This document shows positions 10,690 through 21,671 of a stretch of 64,000 nucleotides of DNA, piece after piece (the stretch's first letter is position 1; every line of letters starts with the position of its first letter). The stretch is from Cyanophyceae cyanobacterium (GTDB lineage Bacteria; Cyanobacteriota; Cyanobacteriia; Cyanobacteriales; Laspinemataceae). The stretch covers positions 384,001 through 448,000 of the forward strand of contig JBBQFN010000001.1 in assembly GCA_038321985.1 (NCBI GenBank), given 5' to 3'. Both the position numbers and the translations under genes were made by a program. The notes under the pieces were generated by a model. It was not told the DNA's origin. It saw only the letters and a list, made by a program, of their open reading frames with translations, and did no database searches.

Positions 10690-11588
10690 CAGCCTTGCCA
10701 ATCTTATTGCGCCCAACGACTATCCCCCGAATTTTAATCAGCTTAAGCTAATTAAAACTCAACCTAGTGGGTTAAGCTGACCCCAGGGTAAAGGATAGTC
10801 CGGTGATGACATCTATCGGTAACTGTAGTTCTTGCTCATAACCCCCTCGGGTTTTGTTAAACAGAGAATGGGTTTTAAAAAGGGGGTCCAGCAGCCTGAA
10901 CAAATCCAAGATACCCCGGGAGGCCAACATTACGAACAACTGTTCAAAAAGGACGAAACCATGTCCAAGCCAACCCTAAAGTCTAACACAGTTCTAGTTC
11001 TCAACTCCCCTAAAAACCCTTTAATACCGACGACTTTAAGCAAAGCTCCTTCCCTTCTAAAAGTTGGTAAGGCTTCTATCTTCCGGCGCTCCCCTTTTTC
11101 AATTATTTTGAATAAAGGGATTGAAAAGGTCGAAGATCAACCCTTTAAAAACCCTGGGATTGAAGCCGATTCGGTTCGGTACAGTCAACTCTCTAACATT
11201 TTGTACTCCACAACCGATACTCATTCAAACAATGGAGCAAGGTTCCCGACAGGTTATACAGATGGATAAATGGGAGTTTCCTAATCAGGGCGACAAGAGT
11301 CAGGGGTACAAGAAAAATAATTCATCAACAGATTGGAAGACTGGGTGCATCGTGAATGTTGTAGGCGGAAAGAATGCTAACCTGAAAGGGTTCCGACTAA
11401 AAACTGTTCGTGCAAAAGGTAACTTTGATATCCGTCTTGGCACCTTCAAAGTATTATCAGTCTCCCGCAATCCGGTCAAGGCAATCTAAAAATGCGATAG
11501 CTATAACTATAGTTTTAGTTAACCTTGATAAGATTTCAGTAGAAAAATTGTAAGAGCGCACTAGGTAGGCACCGCCAGGAGGGGGCAA

Positions 11589-14500
11589 ATGGTATCAAGT
11601 ACGGACTATCAGCAGGAGTACGAACAAGCTTTAACGGCCTATACTGAGAAAAATTATGAAGAAGCCGCGGGAATTGTCAATCAATTAGTTGCCAACTTTC
11701 CCGAGGACCCCAGCGCTAGACTACTAGCCGGTCATATCTACTGTTATGGATTGCAAATGTATGATGTTGCACTCGTTCAATATGAAGGAGTGCTGAATCT
11801 AACCGATGACCCGGCTTTCGTTGAGGGAGCGTCCCAGGGCATGGAATACGCCAATCATTACGCTACAGAAGGGATGCAGCCTTTCGAGAATGGCTATGAC
11901 CAGGGGGACGATTATGAATCCGCAAGTCAGGATTTTGATGAGGATTTAGATCCGATTCAATCGGAACAAGATACGGCAGTGTTCGACCTGGAAGCGCCAC
12001 CCCAGGGCAGTCAAGAAGAATTTTGGGAGGAAGACGACTCGGCTTTGGGCTTGCATGACCGGGCTTACAATGAAGCCTTAGCGATCAACCAGATCGGTTC
12101 CGATGAAGGGGACTTGGATATGGGATTCGATCCGGTTGATCCCCATCTCGAACTCTCATCTATGGAGTTGCAGGAATTTGAATCGGGGGACTTAGGAGGG
12201 GATCCTTTAATGGAAGAGGACAACCGGCTCAATCCCTTTACCAGCGAAGAGGCTTATGATGGCATAGCCGATGAAGACCCCTTTGCCATTGATGATCAAG
12301 AAATCCTCTCCGAAGTTCAAAACAGCCGATGGAGCGATCCCCTCAACGCTGAGTTACCGGACTTTTTGCCGAGTGATGAGGAAATGCCCGATTTGGTAGG
12401 GGAGGAGACGGCGATCAATCCCTCGAATCAGTCCCACTCCCCCTTTGATACCGGGAGTGACGATCTGGACTTGATGGATTTGGCAACGCCGTTTCAGGAG
12501 TTTGAAGACGCGTTTTCCTCCGAAGATGAAATGGAGGAAGCCTCAAGTTCTGATTACTCCGCCTCAGACTCCTTTGATGATGACGAAGAAACCAGTTATT
12601 ACAGCAATAATTCGGCGATCGACTCCGATTTCGATCTCTTCGATGCTGAGGAGGATTTAAAGGATGACTTCCTCGAAGATGACGAAGATCAAGCCTACCA
12701 TCAGAATGGAAAGAGTGCAGGGGACCCCGGCATTCCCTACGACTTTGACGAGGACTTTCCAGCTCAAACCCATTCTGAGGAAGAGGAAACTCTGTTAATG
12801 GGGCGCAAACAGCTTGAACAAGCTAACGGGATGGAGTCGCTTTCCAAAGCCTCGGCCCCGCCTTATTCCCAGCCCAGAGGACGGACTCAAGCGCCAATCG
12901 AGGACGAGGAAGATGACGATTTTGATAGTAAAACCTTCGTCTCGGAACCAACAAATGGATTCAACCGGGGGGATAGTTACGCCCTAGAGGATTTCGACGA
13001 CGCCTTTAGTGGGGGAAATTCCTTTGATGCCCAGCAGAAGCCGGGGAATTTCCAAAACGGTAACGCCACATCATCCCCCCTTGCCCAAGAAGAGGGCGTG
13101 GACTTTTTGGGAGAGTTCGAGGATTTTGATGATTTCGGCAATATTCCCGATTTTGATTTGTCGGAGGATACGACGGGTTCGAGTACCGGTGGATTCGGAA
13201 TGGGCAACATGGGCAGAAAAGCCTCTTTCCGAGACATCGACGATAGCTACGATATTGGCGAAGATACAGATGGATCCATCATTCGGGATGATGAGATTTT
13301 TAGTATCGCCGGAAGTGCTGAACAGGTCCCGGTGTTTACTCAACCGGAAAACGCTCCTGTAGAAACCTCGACGAATACCGAACCCGGGATCCTGGGCTTT
13401 CTAGAAAATGCCTCGTTGGTGAAAAAATTCCTCTGGGTGGCGTTAATTTCCGGAGGGGTATCGGCGATCGCAGCGGCTTCGGTTTCCTTTGCCTTTGCCA
13501 GTCAACGCAGTTGGCCCCAACAACTGAAAGACCCCTTGATGGCCCTAGCCGCTGGCGGCGCTACCATGCTGACTTGTTATGGGGTTGGCAATGCGAGCGC
13601 TAAGCTGATTCGCCGTTCTACTGACGATTTACGGGCGCAATTCGATACGATGTCTCAGGGCAATCTGTCCGCCCGAGCCACGGTTTACGCCGAAGACGAA
13701 TTCGGCCAGCTTTCCGCTAAATTTAACCAAATGGGGCGGATCATTTACACCACCACCTCCGAAGCCCAACGCAAGGCAGAAGAACAGGAACAGGCAAAAG
13801 AAGACCTGCAACGACAAGTGATTCGGCTGCTGGATGATGTGGAAGGGGCGGCTAGAGGGGACCTTACGGTTCAGGCAGAAGTTACCGCCGACGTCCTTGG
13901 TGCCGTGGCTGACTCGTTTAACCTCACGATTCAAAACCTCCGGGAAATCGTTCTGCAAGTCAAACTGGCTGCACGACAAGTGACGAAAGGGGCGACGGAT
14001 AGCGAATCGTTTGCCCGCAGTTTATCTTCCGATGCCCTGCGCCAAGCCGAAGAACTGGCTGCTACCCTTAATTCCGTCCAGGTGATGACGGATTCGATTC
14101 AACGGGTGGCCGATAGCGCTCGGGAGGCTGAGGAAGTGGCGAAATCCGCTTCGGCGACTGCGAAAAAAGGCGGCGAGGCTGTGGAACAAACCGTGGCCGG
14201 GATTCTGGAAGTTCGGGAAACCGTTGCAGAAACAACGAGAAAAGTCAAGCGATTGGCTGAATCTACTCAAGAGATTTCCAAAATTGTGGCCTTAATTGCC
14301 ACGATCGCAGGCCGGACCAACTTATTGGCGCTTAACGCCAGTATTGAGGCGGCGCGGGCCGGGGAAGCTGGACGAGGCTTTGCGATCGTCGCGGATGAAG
14401 TGCGGCAGCTTGCAGACCGTTCGGCTAAAGCGCTCAAAGACATCGAACAAATCGTGATGCAAATTCAGAGCGAAACCGGCGGGGTGATGATGGCAATGGA

Positions 14501-14807
14501 GGAAGGCACTCAGCAGGTTATTGAGGGGACGAAGCGGGCAGAGCAAGCTAAACGGGCGCTGGAAAATATCATCCAGGTCACCAATCGCATCGATGTGCTG
14601 GTGCGATCGATTACGGCGGATACGGTGGAACAAACCGAAACCTCTCGAGCGGTGGCGCAGGTCATGCAAGCGGTGGAACTGACGGCCCAGGAAACCTCCC
14701 AAGAGGCTCAACGGGTTTCGGGTTCTCTGCAAAACCTGGTCGGTGTGGCGAGAGACCTCTTGACCTCTGTGGAACGGTTCCGAGTGGAAACTGGGGAGCG
14801 CCGCTAG
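11589..14807 (+). CDS. hmpD: Methyl-accepting chemotaxis protein (TPR, acidic linker, 2 TM, HAMP, MA), HmpD/PilJ-like
   Basis: MCP tip [52 protein letters not shown]-terminal TPR. AGGAGG RBS. Confidence 0.9.
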   Translation: MVSSTDYQQEYEQALTAYTEKNYEEAAGIVNQLVANFPEDPSARLLAGHIYCYGLQMYDVALVQYEGVLNLTDDPAFVEGASQGMEYANHYATEGMQPFENGYDQGDDYESASQDFDEDLDPIQSEQDTAVFDLEAPPQGSQEEFWEEDDSALGLHDRAYNEALAINQIGSDEGDLDMGFDPVDPHLELSSMELQEFESGDLGGDPLMEEDNRLNPFTSEEAYDGIADEDPFAIDDQEILSEVQNSRWSDPLNAELPDFLPSDEEMPDLVGEETAINPSNQSHSPFDTGSDDLDLMDLATPFQEFEDAFSSEDEMEEASSSDYSASDSFDDDEETSYYSNNSAIDSDFDLFDAEEDLKDDFLEDDEDQAYHQNGKSAGDPGIPYDFDEDFPAQTHSEEEETLLMGRKQLEQANGMESLSKASAPPYSQPRGRTQAPIEDEEDDDFDSKTFVSEPTNGFNRGDSYALEDFDDAFSGGNSFDAQQKPGNFQNGNATSSPLAQEEGVDFLGEFEDFDDFGNIPDFDLSEDTTGSSTGGFGMGNMGRKASFRDIDDSYDIGEDTDGSIIRDDEIFSIAGSAEQVPVFTQPENAPVETSTNTEPGILGFLENASLVKKFLWVALISGGVSAIAAASVSFAFASQRSWPQQLKDPLMALAAGGATMLTCYGVGNASAKLIRRSTDDLRAQFDTMSQGNLSARATVYAEDEFGQLSAKFNQMGRIIYTTTSEAQRKAEEQEQAKEDLQRQVIRLLDDVEGAARGDLTVQAEVTADVLGAVADSFNLTIQNLREIVLQVKLAARQVTKGATDSESFARSLSSDALRQAEELAATLNSVQVMTDSIQRVADSAREAEEVAKSASATAKKGGEAVEQTVAGILEVRETVAETTRKVKRLAESTQEISKIVALIATIAGRTNLLALNASIEAARAGEAGRGFAIVADEVRQLADRSAKALKDIEQIVMQIQSETGGVMMAMEEGTQQVIEGTKRAEQAKRALENIIQVTNRIDVLVRSITADTVEQTETSRAVAQVMQAVELTAQETSQEAQRVSGSLQNLVGVARDLLTSVERFRVETGERR

Positions 14808-14833
14808 GGTCTACAAGGGATGGGAAATTACCC

Positions 14834-14858
14834 ACGGGGGTTCAAACCCCCGTTTTTT
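14834..14858 (+). terminator. Intrinsic terminator after the MCP gene
   Basis: ACGGGGGT-TCAA-ACCCCCGT followed by a T-run. Confidence 0.75.
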
Positions 14859-15396
14859 CAGGTTAACCGTTACTGTCGTTTTTTAAGTTTGTAGTAACGA
14901 CTTGAGAGGAAGTTTTTATGCGGGTTATACCGGAATAGAAACCTTGTAGGTTAACGGGGTAAGTCAGATTTATCGAAGGTAGAAATTCCCCATTTCTTGT
15001 CTCTAGAGGCGTGGGTTTGAATTTAGATAAAAAGTCGTTAATACTAACAATTGGGAAACGACTAAAGTCGGTACTACTCACTATTTGAAGAGAGCGATCG
15101 CCCCCGAGTTTCTTTTAAAAACCTCTACTCCCGTTGTAGTTGATAAGCTTATCCCCACGAGTGGGTACATTGATCTCAGGTCACGAGATTTTTAAACCAG
15201 TAATGGGAACCGCGATCGCGCTAGAGGGACCTTAAACCACAGAAGAGGGCTGCCGCCTCCGAACCCCAACCCCTCTAGGGTTGCAGAGGCTGCCCCCTCT
15301 AGCAACATCCGGCTCCACAAAAGGCGATAAAGCTCCGTTAGAAGAGCCAACGAGACCCTTGTTAGTAAATAGGAATAGAGGAACGGGACACCCGCT

Positions 15397-18300
15397 ATGC
15401 AGCCGGAACAACGAGAGCGAATAATGGGCTATTTTATTGAGGAGGCTACAGAACACCTCGATACCATAGAACAAGGGTTGCAAAATCTGCCGATCGCCGT
15501 CCAAGATCCGGAAGTGCTCGCCGAACTGTTTCGGGCGGCTCACTCGGTTAAAGGCGGGGCAGGAATGCTGGAACTCAGTGCTATCCAACAGATCGCTCAC
15601 AAATTAGAAGACGAGTTTAAACGGCTTCAGGATGTGCGGGTAGAAGTTGACTCACAGCTAGAATCCCTATTTGTGAGAGTGTTTCGCGGGCTTCAGGAAA
15701 CCGTAGCCTTAATCCGCTTACCCGGTCCCTTAGACTCAGAAAAAGGGGCCGAGATTTGCGCCCAAGTCCAACCGGCGATCGCGCAACTCCACGAGCATTT
15801 AACCCACTTGGTCCAGGATAGCTCTGCTTCATTGGGCTTCGCTACAAAGCCCCAAAATAACGCCCAACTGGGGGGCCAAGCCACACGGATCCAGATTCCC
15901 CCTAAGAACAGACGCGCAGAAGAAGACAGCGCCAAAAAACTAATTTTTAAGAGTGACGTTCCTCGGCTTTTGCAAGAAATGCTGCATCTGTTTAAGCAGG
16001 GAGAAAACCCCGATAGGCAAGAACGGATCCAAGAAATATGCCGCCAGTGGATACAAGCCGGGGAGCAATTCGATTTAAAATTATGGTGTCATTTAATTGA
16101 GAAGGCAGAAGAGGCGATCGCCAATCCACAGAACAGCTATCGAGTTCTTGGCCCTATACTCATAACAGAAATCCAAAAGGCTAGAGAACAAGTCCTCTCG
16201 GGCCATGCAGAAGCAATTACCGTGAGTCCCCAACTCGAAACGCTGCTGCTGCCTCAACTCCAACCAACTGCTTTATCACCCGCCCAAATAATACCGGAAA
16301 GCACCCATACACACACCCCCTTTAATCCTATGTCTAATAACTTTTCAACCTCGGATCAAAATCAGAGAAGATCGGACGGGCGGGACCCCACACCGAAAAA
16401 GAATCCCGATTCGGAAAACAAACCGGCATGGGGTGAAGATAAACGCGCGGGCAAACCCACCTATCAAACGGGACCCGAAGTAGGAGCAGCAGAACTCAAC
16501 ACCCTCGCCGACTTATTTGAAGGAGAGAGTTCCTACTTTGATGACAACTGGCAAGGAGAGGAAGTCGTAGAACAAGGGAATGCGGGCGAAGGGGCAGGGG
16601 ACTCCCCACCCCAGGAATCGGGCGAACCCCTCGCCAGTGCCAATGATTTTGATGATTTATTATTTGACCCTCATGCAGGCAAGCGGACGGATCTCGCCCC
16701 TGCACAGAATCAGGAGGATGATTTAGCCAGCTTATTCGGGGTGGACGGGTTAGTTGATCTAGAGGATAGCTCCATAGGCGATAAGCACCTGAGCCCCTTC
16801 CCTGTAAAAGCCGTTAAGTCCTCTAATCAAAAACTAAATGACTTGGGCAATTTGTTTGAGGATGTCGCTACAGAAGAGCTGAAAGAATCCGATGATTGGG
16901 ATCAAGTCTGGGATGATGAGCCGTTAGAGATGGTCACGGAAATCGCCCCAACTCAACCGTCGCCCAACCTCAGCGTAGAGATAGCCGACGATTCAGAATT
17001 TAATGATCTGCTAGAAATCGATGGATTTGAAAGCGGCTCTTTACCTGGGGGCGATCAATTTAACCCTAACTTGGCAACTGAAATTCAAATCGATGAGGAA
17101 GATTTTGAAGACTTGTTTGGCGAGACAAGCGGGGATGCACCCCCGAAGGAGACTGAGCCCGGGGAAGGAGAATCCTTAGATTGGTTCACCTCAGATAGTC
17201 CCGAAACTGCCCTCATAGAAGAAGAATTTACCGATTTATTTGAACTTGAAACCGCCCCCTCCCCGCAGAGTCAAGCGCCGACAGGTCCGGTAGCAACGGG
17301 GAAACCTGCCCCTACCCGTCAGGCGGACGAAGAGTTTTGGCTGGACTTCGAGGAACCTACCCCAGAGCCCCAGTCTGAGGTATTAGAAGCCCTTGATGGC
17401 TTATTTGATGATGCAGAACCGAATGCCAACTCAAATATCGACCTGATGGAAGAGTCGTCTTTAGATTCCGCACTGTTTGGGGAGGAATTTGGGGCAGAGG
17501 AAGACAGGGGCAATCTGTTCGAGGAGAGTGAGAGCGACCTCTCCGGTGACGATTGGAATTGGGACCTGGAGCCAGAAACTCCGGAAGACCCCGGCGATTT
17601 TTATCAAAATTTAGAGTCCCTGTTCGATGAACCGACGGAGCGATCGCCCAACCTGGATGTGAACCAAACCTCGGCTCCATCCCAGCGGCAAGCCAAGGGA
17701 ACAGGGCCGGTGGCTGGATTTCAAGAGCCTAGTGAGGTCAATCTCGACTTTGATCAGTTGTTTGGGGAGAACGAATATTTACCTCTAGGGGGTTCCCTGG
17801 GCGAAGCAATGCCCCCCGGGATATCCCAGCCCATCCGAGAGCGGCTCGATTTGCCTCCTGAACCCAAATTAAGCCCAGGGGCGGATATTTTTATCGAGCT
17901 AGATTGTCTCCTAGCAATGGGACCGCTCAAAGCCAGTTTTGAAGAGTTAGAAATGCTGTTAAACCCGCTGAGTGGCCGATCGCTAGCGCCAAGCAGCATT
18001 TCGATGCCTACGGCGCGATCTCCGCAGAGTGCCAGTTCCCTCCCTGCCTCGGTTGGGTCCTCTGGAGCGAATGCAGCCCCAGCCCGGGCAGCAGATGACT
18101 TTGCGGATATGGAGGATTTGCTGCGATCGAGTACAGATATGGGATCCCGAGAAACCGGGGGAAGAATGGCCCCTCGGCGCGGTGGCTTTGAGCAGACGAT
18201 GCGGGTGCCGGTGCGACAACTCGATAACCTCAGCAATCTGGTCGGGGAACTGGTTGTCAATCGTAATAGCATCGAACAGAATCAGGAACGGATGCGCCAG

Positions 18301-20154
18301 TTTTTAGATAACCTGTTGCATCAAGTCTCCCAGCTTACGGATGTAGGTCAGCGGATGCAAGATTTGTACGAGCGATCGCTGCTGGAGATTTCCCTACTGG
18401 CTTCGCGACAAAACTACCACTTTCTCGTGGGGGGCAATAATAATACCAATAAGGACCCCTCGAATTCCGGTTCCGATTGGAGCGCCCTGGAAATGGATCG
18501 GTTTACCCCGTTTCATAGCCTCTCCCAAGATATTTTGGAACTGATTGTTCGAGTCCGGGAATCAGCCTCGGATATCGAATTTTTGGTGGATGAAACAGAA
18601 CAGGTGACCCGGCAACTGCGGCAGGTGACGACCCAGTTACAAGAGGGACTGACGCGATCACGCATGGTGCCTTTTGCTCAAACTGCCGATCGCCTCCCGC
18701 GCGGGGTCCGGGACAATGCAATTAAGTTTGGCAAACAGGTAGAGCTTCAGGTTGAGGGCCGCGAAACCCTGATCGATAAAATGATTCTAGAGCAGTTGTC
18801 GGATCCCATGACCCATTTGGTCAACAACGCTCTCGCTCACGGGGTTGAAACTCCCGATGAGCGCCGGAAGAAGGGTAAGACCGCCGTGGGCCGAATCGTA
18901 GTACGGGCGTTCCACCAAGGGAACCAAACCGTGATTTCAGTCTCCGATGATGGAGCCGGGATTGATTCGGAAAAGGTGAAGGCGAAAGCGCTGCAAAAGG
19001 GGCTGATCACTGCGGAAGTGTCCAAGATAATGACCCGCTTGGATGTCTATGATTTACTGTTTATGCCTGGATTTAGTACCAAGGATCAGGCGGATGATTT
19101 GTCGGGACGCGGGGTAGGGATGGATGTAGTCCGGACCTGCTTAAGCGCTATTCGTGGGGTGGTGACCATTGATTCGACCCTGGGTAAGGGGACGACCTTT
19201 ACGATTCGCTTGCCCCTGACGTTGAGTATTTCTAAGGCCCTGTGTTGCATTAGCGATCGCGCCCGGATTGCTTTCCCGATGGATGGGGTGGAAGATATGA
19301 TTGATGTCCCCCGCGATCGCATTAAAACCAAGGAGGATGGACAAACGTATATTCCCTGGCGGGATACGATGTTGCCATTCCGTCACCTGCGAGAACTGTT
19401 GGTCTATAATCGCCATCTTGGACGTGGGGTGGTTTATGGAGCCAACCCGGAAGAGGACATCATCTCGGTGGTGGTCCTGCGTTCAGCGGGTAACTTCTTG
19501 GCGCTTCAGGTGGATCAGGTGTTAGGAGAACAGGAAATCGTGATTAAACAGCTTGAAGGGCCTGTTCCAAAACCTGTGGGAGTAGCCGGTGCAACGGTGA
19601 TGGGGGATGGTCGGATTGTGGCGATCGCCGACGTTCTGGAACTGCTCGATTTGGCTGCTGGACGTCTGCGGCGAGAAGGCACAGGCACTCTGTGGGAAGA
19701 TGCCCTCGGAAACCGGAGGCAGCCTGAACCTGAAATGGAGGCGGCGATCGAGCCGACGGTGTTGATTGTGGATGATTCGATTACCGTGCGCGAACTGTTG
19801 TCCATGACCTTTAATAAGGCGGGATACCGGGTGGAACAAGCGCGGGATGGTCAAGAAGCCTGGGAAAAAATGCGATCGGGTCTTCCCTGCGATTTGGTCT
19901 TCTGCGATATTGAAATGCCCCGCATGGACGGGTTGGAACTTCTATCGCGAATGCAGAAGGATCCGGTGCTTACCACCCTCCCTATTGCCATGCTCACCTC
20001 TCGTGGTGCCGACAAACATCGGCAAATGGCAGTCCAACTGGGGGCAAGTGGATATTTCACCAAACCCTATCTGGAGGAATCCTTGTTAGAAGCTGCCGGA
20101 CGAATGCTGAAAGGTGAAAAGCTCGTTTCGCTGAAGGCAGAGGTAACGCTTTAG
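15397..20154 (+). CDS. hmpE: Hybrid CheA (Hpt, acidic linker, HATPase, CheW, REC), HmpE/PilL-like
   Basis: Hpt LFRAAHSVKGGA, HLVNNALAHG, DDGAGID, LSGRGVGMDVV, CheW domain and C-terminal REC. Confidence 0.9.
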   Translation: MQPEQRERIMGYFIEEATEHLDTIEQGLQNLPIAVQDPEVLAELFRAAHSVKGGAGMLELSAIQQIAHKLEDEFKRLQDVRVEVDSQLESLFVRVFRGLQETVALIRLPGPLDSEKGAEICAQVQPAIAQLHEHLTHLVQDSSASLGFATKPQNNAQLGGQATRIQIPPKNRRAEEDSAKKLIFKSDVPRLLQEMLHLFKQGENPDRQERIQEICRQWIQAGEQFDLKLWCHLIEKAEEAIANPQNSYRVLGPILITEIQKAREQVLSGHAEAITVSPQLETLLLPQLQPTALSPAQIIPESTHTHTPFNPMSNNFSTSDQNQRRSDGRDPTPKKNPDSENKPAWGEDKRAGKPTYQTGPEVGAAELNTLADLFEGESSYFDDNWQGEEVVEQGNAGEGAGDSPPQESGEPLASANDFDDLLFDPHAGKRTDLAPAQNQEDDLASLFGVDGLVDLEDSSIGDKHLSPFPVKAVKSSNQKLNDLGNLFEDVATEELKESDDWDQVWDDEPLEMVTEIAPTQPSPNLSVEIADDSEFNDLLEIDGFESGSLPGGDQFNPNLATEIQIDEEDFEDLFGETSGDAPPKETEPGEGESLDWFTSDSPETALIEEEFTDLFELETAPSPQSQAPTGPVATGKPAPTRQADEEFWLDFEEPTPEPQSEVLEALDGLFDDAEPNANSNIDLMEESSLDSALFGEEFGAEEDRGNLFEESESDLSGDDWNWDLEPETPEDPGDFYQNLESLFDEPTERSPNLDVNQTSAPSQRQAKGTGPVAGFQEPSEVNLDFDQLFGENEYLPLGGSLGEAMPPGISQPIRERLDLPPEPKLSPGADIFIELDCLLAMGPLKASFEELEMLLNPLSGRSLAPSSISMPTARSPQSASSLPASVGSSGANAAPARAADDFADMEDLLRSSTDMGSRETGGRMAPRRGGFEQTMRVPVRQLDNLSNLVGELVVNRNSIEQNQERMRQFLDNLLHQVSQLTDVGQRMQDLYERSLLEISLLASRQNYHFLVGGNNNTNKDPSNSGSDWSALEMDRFTPFHSLSQDILELIVRVRESASDIEFLVDETEQVTRQLRQVTTQLQEGLTRSRMVPFAQTADRLPRGVRDNAIKFGKQVELQVEGRETLIDKMILEQLSDPMTHLVNNALAHGVETPDERRKKGKTAVGRIVVRAFHQGNQTVISVSDDGAGIDSEKVKAKALQKGLITAEVSKIMTRLDVYDLLFMPGFSTKDQADDLSGRGVGMDVVRTCLSAIRGVVTIDSTLGKGTTFTIRLPLTLSISKALCCISDRARIAFPMDGVEDMIDVPRDRIKTKEDGQTYIPWRDTMLPFRHLRELLVYNRHLGRGVVYGANPEEDIISVVVLRSAGNFLALQVDQVLGEQEIVIKQLEGPVPKPVGVAGATVMGDGRIVAIADVLELLDLAAGRLRREGTGTLWEDALGNRRQPEPEMEAAIEPTVLIVDDSITVRELLSMTFNKAGYRVEQARDGQEAWEKMRSGLPCDLVFCDIEMPRMDGLELLSRMQKDPVLTTLPIAMLTSRGADKHRQMAVQLGASGYFTKPYLEESLLEAAGRMLKGEKLVSLKAEVTL

Positions 20155-20191
20155 TCTTAATCTCTAGGGTTTAGATTACTGCTCGAAGCAG

Positions 20192-20210
20192 AGGGAGCAA
20201 GATGCTCCCT
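20192..20210. repeat. REP-like palindrome GGGAGCAAGATGCTCCC
   Basis: The same motif recurs at 36613-36654. Lies between convergent genes. Confidence 0.6.
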
Positions 20211-20351
20211 TTCCCTTTTATCTTGTTCCCTGTGCTCCAGCGTAGGATCTGAATAATCCTCAATCCGAGGGTTTAAAACCTATTTTCTCTCCACCCCGTT
20301 TTCAGACCGATGAAACCCAGATGGAGTATGCCTTACTAAGACACCCGCCGA

Positions 20352-21206
20352 TTAAGCAACCTCAGAAAGTTGCTGGTCTTCGTGTTCTATTTTGAACACA
20401 TTTGCATATAAGTTAGCCACAATTTGTTTGCCTTGTTGAGTCAAATTCAGGTAAGCCAGAGCTTGGGTAATAAAGGGAAAAACACCATTCCAGTAAAATT
20501 TGGGGTAATTTCGGCGGAGGTCTCCCGGATGGCGGTAATTTAACTTTTTAGTGGCTCCGGTTTCATCAAATTCGTAGAACAATGCAGCAATTTTTTGCAA
20601 GTAACGGGGATCGCTTAATTGACCGATGAGATCAGCGGCTCGAACCATTCCGGCATAATTGAAGGTATCTTTATGATCTTCATCGGCGGGAACGGGAAAC
20701 CTAGTCAGTTCAATATTGCGTTTAATTACTTCCGCATCAATCAGTCGATGACCGCCAAAACGCTCGGAGATAAAAAGTTTGCCGCGATCGACGTGATAGG
20801 GGGTGAGACTGGCATCGGTGGCCCCGAATGGAATCGGCACTTTTAAGCCATCTCTTCCCGTGGCATAAAGGCGTTTGCTGTCTTCATCTTGACGACATAC
20901 TCCCTTGACATAGCCAATATCATGGCACAGCAAAGAAATAATGAAATGCAGCCAATCCTCGCAGGATACACCACCTTCTCGAATATGTTTACCGCGCAGG
21001 ATTTCTTGTCCGACGAGGGTTACCAAAATGGTATGTTCTACGTTGTGATAGAGGGCATCACTATTGGCAATATTTTCGAGGGCCATACCACCGGCCCAAG
21101 CTAGAATTTCTGCATAATCAGGCTTATAGCCTCCATAGGTTCGATGGTAGCCTTCTTTCAGGCGGTCCACGAACGCTTCAATGAGTAGTGCTGTAGAATT
21201 AAACAT
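20352..21206 (-). CDS. HD-domain metalloprotein (Npun_R2479-like family)
   Basis: ALYHNVEHT, LCHDIGYVKG, YHVDRGK and RAADLIGQL. ATG at 21206 (MFNSTA) preferred to the TTG at 21221. Confidence 0.85.
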   Translation of the reverse strand: MFNSTALLIEAFVDRLKEGYHRTYGGYKPDYAEILAWAGGMALENIANSDALYHNVEHTILVTLVGQEILRGKHIREGGVSCEDWLHFIISLLCHDIGYVKGVCRQDEDSKRLYATGRDGLKVPIPFGATDASLTPYHVDRGKLFISERFGGHRLIDAEVIKRNIELTRFPVPADEDHKDTFNYAGMVRAADLIGQLSDPRYLQKIAALFYEFDETGATKKLNYRHPGDLRRNYPKFYWNGVFPFITQALAYLNLTQQGKQIVANLYANVFKIEHEDQQLSEVA

Positions 21207-21671
21207 TTTCCCTCTTCTCAATCAAACTAAATCTTAAATTAAGGGCAGGTTTCTTGACCACTCCGAGGGTTTAGGATCGGACCCCCCCGACGGAGGGGTA
21301 TCGCCTTTTCCTCTGGATTTTTGGTGGAGGTTGGGGCGATATTCCCTCTTCGGATCTCAGGAGTGGGTTTTACCCCTGAGCTAAGCGAATTTCCACATTG
21401 AAATGGCGGGATTCTATCCGGCATGGGGGTGACACCCAGGTCGCCAATGTATGGAGGGTTCCATAAATGCTTCTATTATGAATTAAACCCAACCGCGAGG
21501 ATGTGATGCGAGTCATTTGCCGAATGTGACAATGGGGTAGTCTCTAGAGGATACTCGGGCTAAAATCGACTCAATTCCAAGGGTGTGATGTCTTTTGGTG
21601 TTGACTCTACCGCTGCGGGGGGAGATTCGGGGATTGTAGGGTGACAGGGTACTCCCTGATTTTTGTAAGGG

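Noticed and set aside
10832..11489. ORFs of 145 and 122 aa between cheW and the MCP gene
   Set aside because: TTG starts, mutual overlap and no recognisable motifs. Not called as CDS, although a small protein cannot be excluded.
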